Assembly: GCA_037379345.1 (NCBI GenBank)
Contig: CM074517.1
Coordinates: 4,092,001 to 4,156,000, forward strand
Reading direction: 5' to 3'
DNA: 64,000 nt
From: Perna viridis
Taxonomy: Eukaryota
In this document: one piece after another, positions 53,015-64,000 of the stretch
Layout of the letters: each line of letters begins with the position of its first letter
How positions within the stretch are numbered: the stretch's first letter is position 1
The notes under the pieces: generated by a model
Seen by the model: the letters and a program-made list of their open reading frames with translations, nothing else
Databases searched by the model: none
Told to the model about the DNA's origin: nothing
Translations under genes and position numbers: made by a program

Positions 53015-56000
53015 TGTCTTATGATACTATTTGGTGCTTTGTGGAGACTTTTATCATGTTCATATTTTGGGAGTTAGTGCATTATGGTGGATAATTTCTT
53101 TATACTGTGATATGTGTTCAATATTGAAACTTATGCATTTCTGCGATAGTTTTCCCCTATTTGTCTGTTACATTTTATTTCACTGTTTTATGACATGGAA
53201 AAAAACCATGTGATGAATATAGCTTCAAACATTGTTATAAAGGGATTTTTTAAATTTCTACAAATGATGTAATTTAATTCTGTAGTTGACTTACAGAGAT
53301 TGAAAGAAGTTTAATTTCCCTAGGATCACAGTAATGGAAATTACTGACATTGATTATTGTCATTTGTGAGGTTATTAAGTACCAGTCCATATAAAATTCA
53401 GACACTGTCTATGGCACAGGTGATTCATGGTGTAGAAAAACCCACTGAACAATGTTTTTCAATCTACATATGCTATATTTTGGAGTTAAAATAATCCTTT
53501 CTGTATTCAGGCCACGGTGGCACAAAAGTTAAAAGAATACTGAAGTCTGAGAATATTCTTAAATGCTTGTGACATCATTAATTTTAAAGACTTTGATTGG
53601 TGTTACCTTGGAAGTTAAGAATATTCTCAGACTTAAGTATTTCTTATGGTACTAGGGCCAGGCCTAGGTGTCATACAAGTTGAGAATTTCCTCAAGTCCT
53701 GTTTTTTTCCTTAAATCTTCAATTTCAAGTGATCTGATTGGTCAAAATTTGATTTGAGGAAAATCTCAGTTTGAGATATTTTATGAAACTGGACACTGAT
53801 CTTTACTTTTGAGAAAACCCTACATTCATCTCCCACTAAAATCAAGCTAATTAAAGGAAATCAAGAACAATAACTCTTGCAATGTCCAATTTCATACACA
53901 ATCTATATAATTACAATAACCAAATGACAAACTAAGACTGGTTATGTGGTCTGTAACTGTTTCTGAAATAGAAATAGTAGTGAAAATTTTGGTTTTTTTT
54001 TTTGACATGCATGAGTCACCTCCTGTATGAATACAATGAAGAGTGCCAATTAAACACTTTCACATGACAAGATTCCAGGTACCAGTAGAATAAGAGAATA
54101 CTGTTTTTAGTGTTTTTTGTACAAAACCAGTAGACATTCCTTTTTATTATGTTATTTTAGGTGGAAATAAATAATTTAAACTCATCTGACTGTTCATTTC
54201 ATTATACAGATTGGTCAGCAAATGGCTCTCAAGGGTCTGGATCATAGGTATATGCCAAATATTGTTGTCAGAGTTTATGGTACATGTATATGTAGTAAAA
54301 CCCTATTCAGTCCGTTCCACTAGACCAAAATTAAAAATTTCTCATTGGTTGTGAAAATCAGATTTTTTGGCCATATACCAAAATTAAATCATATTAAAAT
54401 ATTCTCAATAAAAAAACAGATTCTAAAATGTTATTGCCAAATTTAATTGTATATGGGCTTCAATTATGTGCATATGTTGTTGAAAGTTTTATCATTTTGT
54501 CTGTACATAGTGGTTGTTTGGAAAAAGGTAATAGGGCATTTTTCTGATGGGCTGTATAGATAGGGCCTTATTATAACATTATTTTCTAGAATCAATACTT
54601 TGTTCTAGTCAGAATATCTAACTTATCAGATTCAGGGTAAAGCTAGATACACTTTTTTGTGTTGTTTTTGGCTATAATGAAGTAAGGAGCAAATTCATTA
54701 TTTTAGTCTTTTTCTTTAAAACCTGTTTTAATAGATGAGTTTTTAGAATTGTTTCTTAATATTGTACAAAACAAGTCTTTTCCTGGAGGAATATATCAAA
54801 TATTTTAAAGTAATCCATTAATAGTTTGGTGTGGAATTTTGATGTGTGTTTGCTATAAACCTTTAGAATGATTTTAATTGAAAAATAACTCAAAATCAAT
54901 CAAGTGTTACCTTTGTTATGCACACATTTTTGTCAATGTATCGATGTTATCCCTCAAAATTTTGGCCACTGCATAGCTGAGGTAATGTAAGAATAGCTTA
55001 CATCAACTGTGTGATGTGATTATATCTAGTATTTGATATTTATAATGAAAGTGGAATGTTTTCAGAAATTTCATCATGTGATGACTTTTTCTGATCAAAA
55101 TAAAAAGGCACATTGAAACATCAGGTGCTGTGTATCAGGGTTAAATTTGGAGTTTTTTTTCTAATTTTCTTTAACCAGACTGTGGTCTAATATCTTGTTT
55201 CCAAGAAGAAATGTCTGCAATCTTAAATTCTGAATACTATATTCACATTGTCCTATTGAAGTTTTGCCCTACTTTATGAAATGTATTATGCCTCTTGTTA
55301 ATGTTTTTTTTTCATACAATAATTGTCCTTGTTTTTGTAAACATGTTGAAAGTAAATTACAATCATGGTTTGATAGAATCAAATATGAATAATAATAATT
55401 AAAAGAGAAAATATGTTATTTGCTGTTGTTTTCATTTAGCTGTCCACAGTCAGGAGATGTTGGTGTCTTTGTGTCATATTACTTTTTAGTTTAATTTTGT
55501 TAAATTGTCATTGTTTTGTTACCATGGATATATTACTCTTGTTGTTAGAATCATTCAGAGCATGCCAAAGGTGTGTTTACCTGAAGATTTTGGATTTAAG
55601 TTTTATGCTGGTACATTTATTGCATTTCATCATATCTGTTTTTAAGAAACCACCTTTTTATTGGTGCAGCATGAAGTTTCTTAGTCTCATATATGTGCTT
55701 ACATTGAAGGTGTTTTATATGACAGCAAAATATGTGGTTGTATCTTTAATGACATTCGATTTGTCATTAAAGATACTTTTTTTTAAATGTATGAAAGTTG
55801 ACCCAATATTTTCTTCCAAACTAAAGGCTCTAAAGAGCCTGAATACCCTCACTTGGAGAACTGAAATCATTTCATTTTATCTTTTAGCATAATAAGTTCA
55901 TCATTTAAAGAGGCCCCTATACTTATATCACTCCTGCTACCTGCTGATTCATTTGAGCAACACATTTGTAAAAAGCATTGAGGTCAACATCCCTATAAAG

Positions 56001-58788
56001 TTTCAAAATGTTGGTACATGAGGTTTCAGAGGAGTTAATCTTTGAAAATGAAAGCATTGATAGCAAAAAGAAACATCAAAAAGGAAAATAATTAAAAAAG
56101 GGTCGACAGATTTTCACAAAAACGAAAGGCTCCCAGGAGCCTGAATTGCTCACCTGGTTCAATTTTGCCTTTCAAATGCAATCAATTTAACAAGTTGTCC
56201 AATAATTTTGACTCAAGACGGACTTATCATAAGATCTTTTCAACAATTGAAAGTTTCTTTTAAGCTATCATAGTTTTCAAGATATGGATTGAAAACTGTT
56301 AAAAAAAGTAATTTTTCCCCTTTCAAGGGCAATAACTCTTACAAGTTAATCTGGCAACGTTTATCCCTGAAGACTTTTGTAGTCCAAATAATATGGATCA
56401 TTTCAGCTATTGAAAGAATTTAGCTAAACCTAACAGTTTTGGAGATATATGCAAAAAACTACTGCCATGTTTTTTGACGGATCAAAATCCCCACATCAGT
56501 TCTATGCAGAATACACCAAGGAACATTTGTACCAAGTTAGGTTTCCAATTGATCAAATAATATCAGAGGAGAAGATTTTTGAAAGAAATAACATTAAAAA
56601 TAGCAAAAATTGTTGAAAAGGGGCAATATCTCCAACATGACTTTAAAAACCATAATTTGACCAGAGATAGATTTCATAATGCGGAACACTTTTATGTGTG
56701 TCAGAATTTAGCTAAACTTAAAGCTAAAAATCTGCTGTCTGACCCTTATGTTCTATTTTTAGTAATGGCGGCCATGGTTTTCAATGAATCAAAAATCCCC
56801 CCATCAGTTCTATGCAGGATACACCAAGGAAAATTCAGACCAAGTTTGGTTTCAATTGGTCATGTAGTGTCAGAGAAGAAGATTTTTGAAAGAAATAACA
56901 TTAAAAATAGCAAAAATCATTGAAAAAGGGCAGTAACTCCAACATGGCTTAACAGATTAAAATCAAAATTTGACCAGAGATAGATCTCATTATGCTGAAC
57001 ACTTTTAACCAGAAAGAATATAGCTAAACCTAACAGTTTAGGAGATATATGTGAAAAACTACTGTTCTATGAATCAAAAATCCCCACATCAGTTCTATGG
57101 AGGATACCCCAAGGAACATTCAAACCAAGTTTGGTTCTAATTAGTCGAGTAGTTTCAGAGGAGAAGAGTTTTGTATAATTGTTAATGACGACGACGGACA
57201 CCAAGTGATGGCAATAGCTCACCTGGCCTTTGGCAAGGTGAGCTAAAAATCATGCTGAATAAAGTCAGAATTTGTCTTAATGGTTTTTGAAAAAAATAGC
57301 CAAAAAAAATGCTGTTTGACCCCTACTGTCTAATTTCAGTAATGGCAGTCATGTTTGTCAACAAATCAAAAGCATCAGTTCTGTGCATAATATCCCAAAA
57401 GTATGTTTAAAAAGTTTGGTAAGAATCTGTTTTATAGTTTCATAAAAAATAAATTTTATTAATAACAACAAATAAAGCAAAAAAAAAAATGAAAAAAAAG
57501 GACAGTATCAAACATGGGATAAACAGAATTTCACAGAATTTTACCAAAGATAGACCTAATCATGCTAAACACTTCTACACCAGTCAGAATTTTGTTAAAC
57601 CTAATGGTCTTAGAAATGCTTAAAACTGCTGCCTGACCCTTATGTTTAATTTTTGTAACGGCAGCCATGATTTTTCACAGAAAAAAAAATCCAAACAGTA
57701 ATTTTGTGCAAGATACCCTCAGGAATAATTATACTACTTATGTAGCTTCAATTGTATTCTGTCCATAAATTTCTTAAAAAAAGATTTTTGAAAATTGTTA
57801 AAAGACAATGACAGGCACTAAGTACATGGCCCATGACCAGGTGAGCTAAAAATATGTTGCAAATATAAACAACAAATAGAAATATTTCAAATATTTCAAA
57901 AGCATTTTGACACAAAATAACTAACAATTATTTAACATAGAAAAAATATGTGTGTATTAAAAATAATACCTTGTGCACTGTGAATTTGTAAGTTATCTGA
58001 ATTACACGGTGACAGGTTTATCCTTATTCAACATATCAATTTCAACTATCAATAGCTGTTTTTCATATTTATGGAATCCAAGCCATTTTAGCATGTTTTT
58101 TAAAGGGAGTTACCCACTAACACCCAACAACCTGGTTGCCGGTCTCATTGAGGAAAGGGAAAACAGTAATCATTTTTTTGGAAACTGAAACTATTTTCAT
58201 TACGGTAAATACCTGAATGGTTTGAAATAAATAGTAAAGTGAATATTTGAATTTGTAGTCTACAGCTGTCCATTGCTCCAATTTGATAGTAAGTCAGTCT
58301 GTTGAATAACAAATTAGTAGAAAGTTTATCCCTTACCTTAAACAAGAGGCTCCCGGGAGCCTGAGTCGCTCACCTTGTTAAATTTTGCCTTTCAAGGGCA
58401 ATAAATTAAACAAGAAGTTGTCCAACAATTTTGACTCAAGAAAACTTTGATAGGACTTGTCATAAGGATCATTTCAGTAAATGAAAGTCTAAATCTATCA
58501 GTTTTCAAGACATTGGCTGAAAACTGTAAACAAAAAACCTGTCATTTTCCCCTGTCAAGGGCAATAACTCTAATAAGAAAGCGTCTGACAAATTTTATAC
58601 CTGAAGACTTTTGTAGTCATAAAAATAAGGATCATTTTAGCTATTGAAAGAATTTGGTTAAACCTAACGGTTTTGGAGATATATGCAAAAAAATACTGTC
58701 TGACCACTATGTTCTATTTTTAGTAACAGTGGCCATGTTTTTCGATGGATCAAAAAACCCCACTTCAATTCTATGCAGGATGCCCCAA

Positions 58789-59434
58789 GCCAGCACTCCA
58801 CAGTTTAGTTTAGTTTCGCACTTTTGGCTAGGGATGAAAAATGACATAAATGGAAACCGGTGGTTACTATAGTGATTAAAAATGAAGAATCTATTGTTGA
58901 TAAAACATTTTCTGAAAAAAGGAGACTTTTAAAAGTATTTTGCAATGTTTTATATATTTTCAATGTTGAAGGGGCTTTTTTTCAATGACAATTTGACTTC
59001 ATTGTGAAAGTGAAAGTAAGTCAATTTTTTACCATGCTTAATTTAATAAGTGGATTACAAAGTGAAATAGCTCAAAATCTAACAGGCGATGCCCATATGA
59101 GGAAGGGGTTTTTGAAGGGAAAAGTTTGAACAGTTTCAGGGATTGAAATAAAAATTTCAGATATTTTGCGGGAAATTTGATATTTTTAAACCTGATTTTA
59201 TGAACTTTTTTTGCAAATTTTCGCATATTTTTGCATGGTTTCTATGGTAACCCTATATGCTGTGGGTAATTTTTTTCCAGAAAATTTTTACTGCATCCTG
59301 AAGGCCTTGGCTTGAGCTATTTCTAGATATATAGATTTACAGATGCTTGGCAAGTTTTTAAAGTGATAAATGTTACAAAGCATCAGATTACAAAATCAAA
59401 ATTAGGCAGTTCTACAATACTGTGGAGTGCTGGC
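58789..59434. mobile_element. MITE, 16-bp perfect TIR, 3-bp TSD CAA, nested
   Basis: GCCAGCACTCCACAGT...ACTGTGGAGTGCTGGC. Removing it restores the host repeat CCCCAAGGAACA. Confidence 0.85.
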
Positions 59435-59549
59435 CAAGGAACACTTATACTGAGTTTTGTTTCAATCTTGTCAGAGGAGAAGATTTTTGAAAGAAATTAT
59501 AAAAATAGCAAAAAACTTTGAAAAAGGGCAATAACTCCAACATGGCTTA

Positions 59550-59995
59550 GGTCTCACTAACCACTTTTAACGTTTCCATTACTTTACATGTTAAAAAAGT
59601 AATTTTCAAAGTCTCACAGTGAATTCCCAGGACAAATGATATCTTAAGCATACCGTTGCGAAGCTTTGAAAGTAAGGCTTCCAAAATCATTATGCTAATG
59701 GTACGATGATTGTAGAAATTTTTCACAAAATTTACTTGAATAAATAATACTGAAAATCCACATTTTTACCTGCTCTGCTAACTGACAGCATGGAGGCAAA
59801 TTACTCACACATATAAACAATATTCATACACTTTTGTAGTTAATTACATATATGATTTTAAAGTACACATTCTCAGCTTTATTTTGACTACTTTTAATCA
59901 TAATACACACAAATAATGCACTTACAATGCTTATGTCTAGGTTCAGTGTGTTTTTGGTACTACATACATTTGACCTGGAAGTGGTCGGTGAGATC
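59550..59995. mobile_element. PIF/Harbinger-like MITE, TTA TSD, nested
   Basis: GGTCTCACTAACCACTT...AAGTGGTCGGTGAGATC with TTA on both sides. Removing it restores the host CATGGCTTAA.AGATTAAAAT. Confidence 0.75.
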
Positions 59996-60950
59996 TTAAT
60001 AGATTAAAATGAAAAGTTGACCACAGATAGATCTCATCATACTGAACACTTTTATATCATGTCAGAATTTGGCTAAACCTGACCGTTTTGGAGATATATG
60101 TGAAAAACTGCTGTCTGACCCCTATGTTTTATTTTTAGTAAAGGCAGCCATGTTTTTCGACGAATCAAAAATCCCCACACCAGATCTATGCAGGATTCCC
60201 CAAGGAACATTCATACCAAGTTTGGTTCCAATTGGTTCAGCAGTTTCAGAGGAGAAGAGTTTTGAAAACCACGGCAACGGACGACGATAACGACAACGAC
60301 ATACGCCAAGTGATGGCAATCGCTGACATGGCCTTCGGCCAGGTGAGCTAAAAACGAAGTAAAAGTCAGGAATATGAAAAAGGACTGGTGAGATTACAAT
60401 ATCTTGTATCAATACTTGAAACAATAGGATCCTTATAGGACCCTTTCATAGTAGCAGAAAAAAAATGTTGAAATGGTTAAAACCACATATGCTGTTTTTT
60501 TATTCTTGATTTCAAAAATATGATGTTATATTGAAAAATAGGATCAGGGCTGAACTGAAACAGACAGCAAAATATAATACAAGTCTATGTAAATTAAAAA
60601 AAAGAAAAATATGGCTGTATTTCAAATTCCCCCAGTTGTATGAAACAACACATGCTTTAATGTTTAAAGATGTCTGTAAATTGAAGTAATTATACAAGAA
60701 AAGCCAGAAAACAAAAATGAAGTCAATCAACACATTTCTTCTGTGTACTATGTTCAATGACAATGTCATCTAAGGATAACGTTATCAAATAAACATTTAC
60801 ATCATATAAAAGTTCACAACAGCAGAATCTTCAGCATCTCACAGAATGTACAGTGTTGATACGTAAGTTCACATCATGTTGATAATCATAGAAATATTTC
60901 TAACATGGAGAGGTAACAGAATATTGCTTCCCTAACTGTACAAGTCTCCT

Positions 60951-62792
60951 TCATTCAGCTGGAGTGTATGGTAACAAGCTTCCAAACAGGAAATGTTGTA
61001 TAACTGGCCATTTGGCTAAAACCTGGAGAGGATAAGGTCAAGAATATATAAATTCCTTTTTACTGTTTGTAAAATATATTCTACTATACCTCATAATGAA
61101 TTACATAAAATACTAAGTTTTATTTCTAAAGCATAATCTAAGTTAATTAATACACTTAATGGGGTCTGTTTATTTTTATAGACCTTAATTTCAATTTCAC
61201 CCCTGGAAAGTACTGATACATTTTTTCTAGGTAATCATCTTTCTTTTAATTTGAATACCTTAATTGGTATACATTACAGCTTATTAAGTTATATATATTG
61301 GAAATTTAAAACTGCACGAGGATTTAAATTTTGTGATCTACTCTTAATAATCGTTGATAATTGATGAGACAATTTATCTTTATACAGTACCTCAGCTTTG
61401 TACATCTTCACCAGTCCTGAGTTAACTTTCTCCCAGTTAGGTACACCACTTATGTTCCACAACTGGTTAGAATGTTCTGCAAAAGGACCAGTCTTTACCT
61501 GATATCAACAAACAATATAAATTATAAGTCTGTCCTTGATTTTACAAGAGAAATTACAGTAATATATAGCAATACATGTACTTTAAAAAATTGGGCATTA
61601 TTGGAACAAAATGATACCTTCCATGTGATGGTGAAAAGTATGGGATGGCAAAATGTTCAAAATAGACTTATGTTTTGCCTTGTAGTGGATGTAAAGAGGA
61701 CTATATTGGACAAACTAGCAATGCTTTGCAAACTAAAATGACATTCCATCACCAACAAATCAGAGATCCAAAAATAAGAAAATACTCTATTAGTACCCAT
61801 TCTGATACATGTGCTAAATTCAAACAACCAAACTTCTGTCTCCACTTTATCAATTTTCTGATAGCGCTGTGAAATCAGAATGGACTAACAAAGAAATGAT
61901 AAGTAAATTTTAAACCCCCCTTTTAGGCTTTAACAGCGGATAATTTTATTAACTGTACTTCCAAAAACATTTGTATATGTGTTACTTTTTAAGTCATTTA
62001 GTTGTTGATATCCCACCTGAGGTTATCTTGATATTACGATTATCTCCCTTGTCTGTAACTGTACATTATTGCTATGTCTTATTGCTGTTGACTATTCTTT
62101 TTGTGCATCAATAAATATCACAGAATTGTGGGTTGAATGTAATGGTATATAAAGTTTTACAATGGATTTTTGTTTTTTGTTTCTATTATTTAAATACTTG
62201 CATGGAGTAACTTTTTATGTATTTATATATCAAAAGGAAACTTAAATGAAAAGAAATGAATTCATGTTCCTGTTCTATATATTGCTTATGTTACCTGGTT
62301 TATATATCCAATACAGCCTAAGAACATATAGTCTTTAGAAAATCCCTCTACTATTTCTGGTCTCACAAAGGACTTGGGCAATATTCTTTTGTGACCTGAA
62401 TTTCAACACAAAAATAATATTTGAATAGTAAAATTTGTAATGTTGCAGAAGGTTGTACATGAATATAAACTAATCTTCTATTAAATATGAGTTTAGAAAT
62501 ATATCAATATCACAAATACATTTTTGCCAATGTTTACATAGTTTAAGATATTGCCATTACATAATACAACTACAATTTTTTTTTACATATAAAAATACTA
62601 AAACAAACCATTTTTGTACAATTAACAAAACAGATACCGTCTAAATTTAAATATTCAAAACAGTTACCAATGAGTTGCGAGCTCCCCCATATAAAAGAAA
62701 TAAACTGGAAATCATCTAGACTCCAAACTCCCTGGCTTCCAGCAGGCTCCATTCTGTAAGTGACCTGTAACTTCCGTACTAACTTGAGGTAT
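60951..62792 (-). CDS. PTPA: Serine/threonine-protein phosphatase 2A activator, last four coding exons (62668-62792, 62295-62395, 61391-61498, 60951-61022); 5' part lies beyond the window
   Basis: [39 protein letters not shown] / ...KDYMFLGCI / [32 protein letters not shown] / [19 protein letters not shown]. All introns are GT-AG and phase-consistent. Confidence 0.95.
61600..61930 (+). mobile_element. GIY-YIG endonuclease remnant of a Penelope-like element in a PTPA intron
   Basis: Translation ..[32 protein letters not shown] matches the PLE GIY-YIG pattern (CxxC..YIGQT..H). Confidence 0.6.
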
Positions 62793-63555
62793 CTGAAGCA
62801 ATAATAAATCAGGTAGTTCTAATCATGTGTATTCAATGAATGTGATTATTGTAGTTATTCAATCAAACAAAGAATTCAATTCTCAATGAGACATTACAAT
62901 GTTCTACATATATGCAATCATTTGTTACTAACGGTTATTCTTTCTCATCAGAAGTAGTTAATCTTTTTTGTCATAATTCTTTTCTTATATAAATTTGAAT
63001 AAAATATAACATTTTCAAAAAAAAAATACTGAAGCATAAGCAGTGGGATGATCAAAATATATCAAAAATCCAAACTCATAGCCTCAAAATGAAACTAAGA
63101 GGATCTACATACACAATGTAGTGAACTTAATAAAATAGATAAATTATGAAAATTGTTAAAGATTGACATATTTATGAATTTTTTTAAATAGATATTTTGA
63201 TTTAAAGTTTGGAAAAGGAAGAAGTTTAAAAAAAGCATATAAATAAACTACATAAAGAGCTTAAATAATGGATATTAATCATTTAGTTCATGGCAAATGT
63301 CAATAGTAAACTTATAAAGTATTAGTAAATATTCATATCGCAGCCAAAAGTGTTACACATTAAGAACATATGTAGCAAAACATTTGATTAAAATATGAAC
63401 AAGACATTACATAATTACCACATTGCAGATCAATATTTACATATTGGAATCACAAGATATTTATATATTTATCATATGTTTATTATTGTGTGCTTCATAT
63501 ACAGGTATGAATTTACCTATATGAGTAATATATGACAATCATATACATCAAGCTA

Positions 63556-63969
63556 CAGTCCTTGAACCGATCAGCGCAATGATTTGACGGATCGATGACC
63601 GTTAACTGATTGATCTCTGATGGATCAATGACTGTTGACTGATTGATCTCTGTCGAATCTATGACCGATGACCGGTGACCAATCTGATTGCAGTTTTGTT
63701 GTGTAATATGACGTGAGGTCAGTTTAGAATAAAAGAAATGTAAAATAAAAGTAGAAATTGATGTTTAAATCTATTACATTATGTAAATATGTGTAAAATT
63801 GACACAAAAAAAAAACAAACAAAAACCGTAAAATACACTGACCACGCTGTAGTCACGTGATGTGATCACCGATTTAATGATTGATTTGATGGATAGATGA
63901 CTGACCAGGAACTGATCGGTAATCGATGACCGTTTGCAATTTTTGTTGCATGGATTGGTTCAGGTACTG
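63556..63969. mobile_element. Tc1/mariner-like MITE with TA TSD
   Basis: TA|CAGTCCTTGAACCGATC... and ...GATTGGTTCAGGTACTG|TA, with internal GATCGATGACCG repeats. Confidence 0.6.
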
Positions 63970-64000
63970 TATATATGTTGTCATGAGAGGATATTTCAAG

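Larger units (their letters stand above)
56128..60352 (-). mobile_element. Cluster of Helitron-like repeat copies (approx. 56128-57250, 57250-57850, 58345-60352) with nested MITEs
   Basis: Repeated ends GGTGAGCTAAAA at 57237, 57840 and 60342, and starts AGGCTCCC.GGAGCCTGA...GCTCACCT at 56127 and 58347. Confidence 0.6.

Overview
AT-rich, intron-rich animal DNA. The repeat content suggests a bivalve mollusc (inference). Host genes I could assemble by hand from GT-AG exons are FBXO38 (+, 13 coding exons, 16601-29168), SCYL3/PACE-1 (+, 13 exons, 42452-53014) and the 3' four exons of PTPA/PPP2R4 (-, 60951-62792). There is also a probable 3' end of an unidentified Cys-rich gene (+, 1-9779) and an intronless orphan multi-TM ORF (-, 39896-40522). 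The standout is a very young LTR element (2859-8432, minus strand) with near-identical ~1.3 kb TGTGA...TCACA repeats and a polypurine tract. Its only gene is an intact 815-aa envelope protein of the baculovirus-F/errantivirus-Env type, with no gag or pol. The Env has an unusual C-terminal extension: a possible internal signal peptide, a second TM and a ~115-aa domain. The element also has an odd 3' end, with a third copy of the poly(A)-signal segment that lacks the splice donor and ends in another TCACA. Other features: a degenerate LINE bracketed by a ~293-bp direct duplication, Penelope-like fragments, several MITEs (some nested) and minisatellites, one of which starts at an FBXO38 splice donor.
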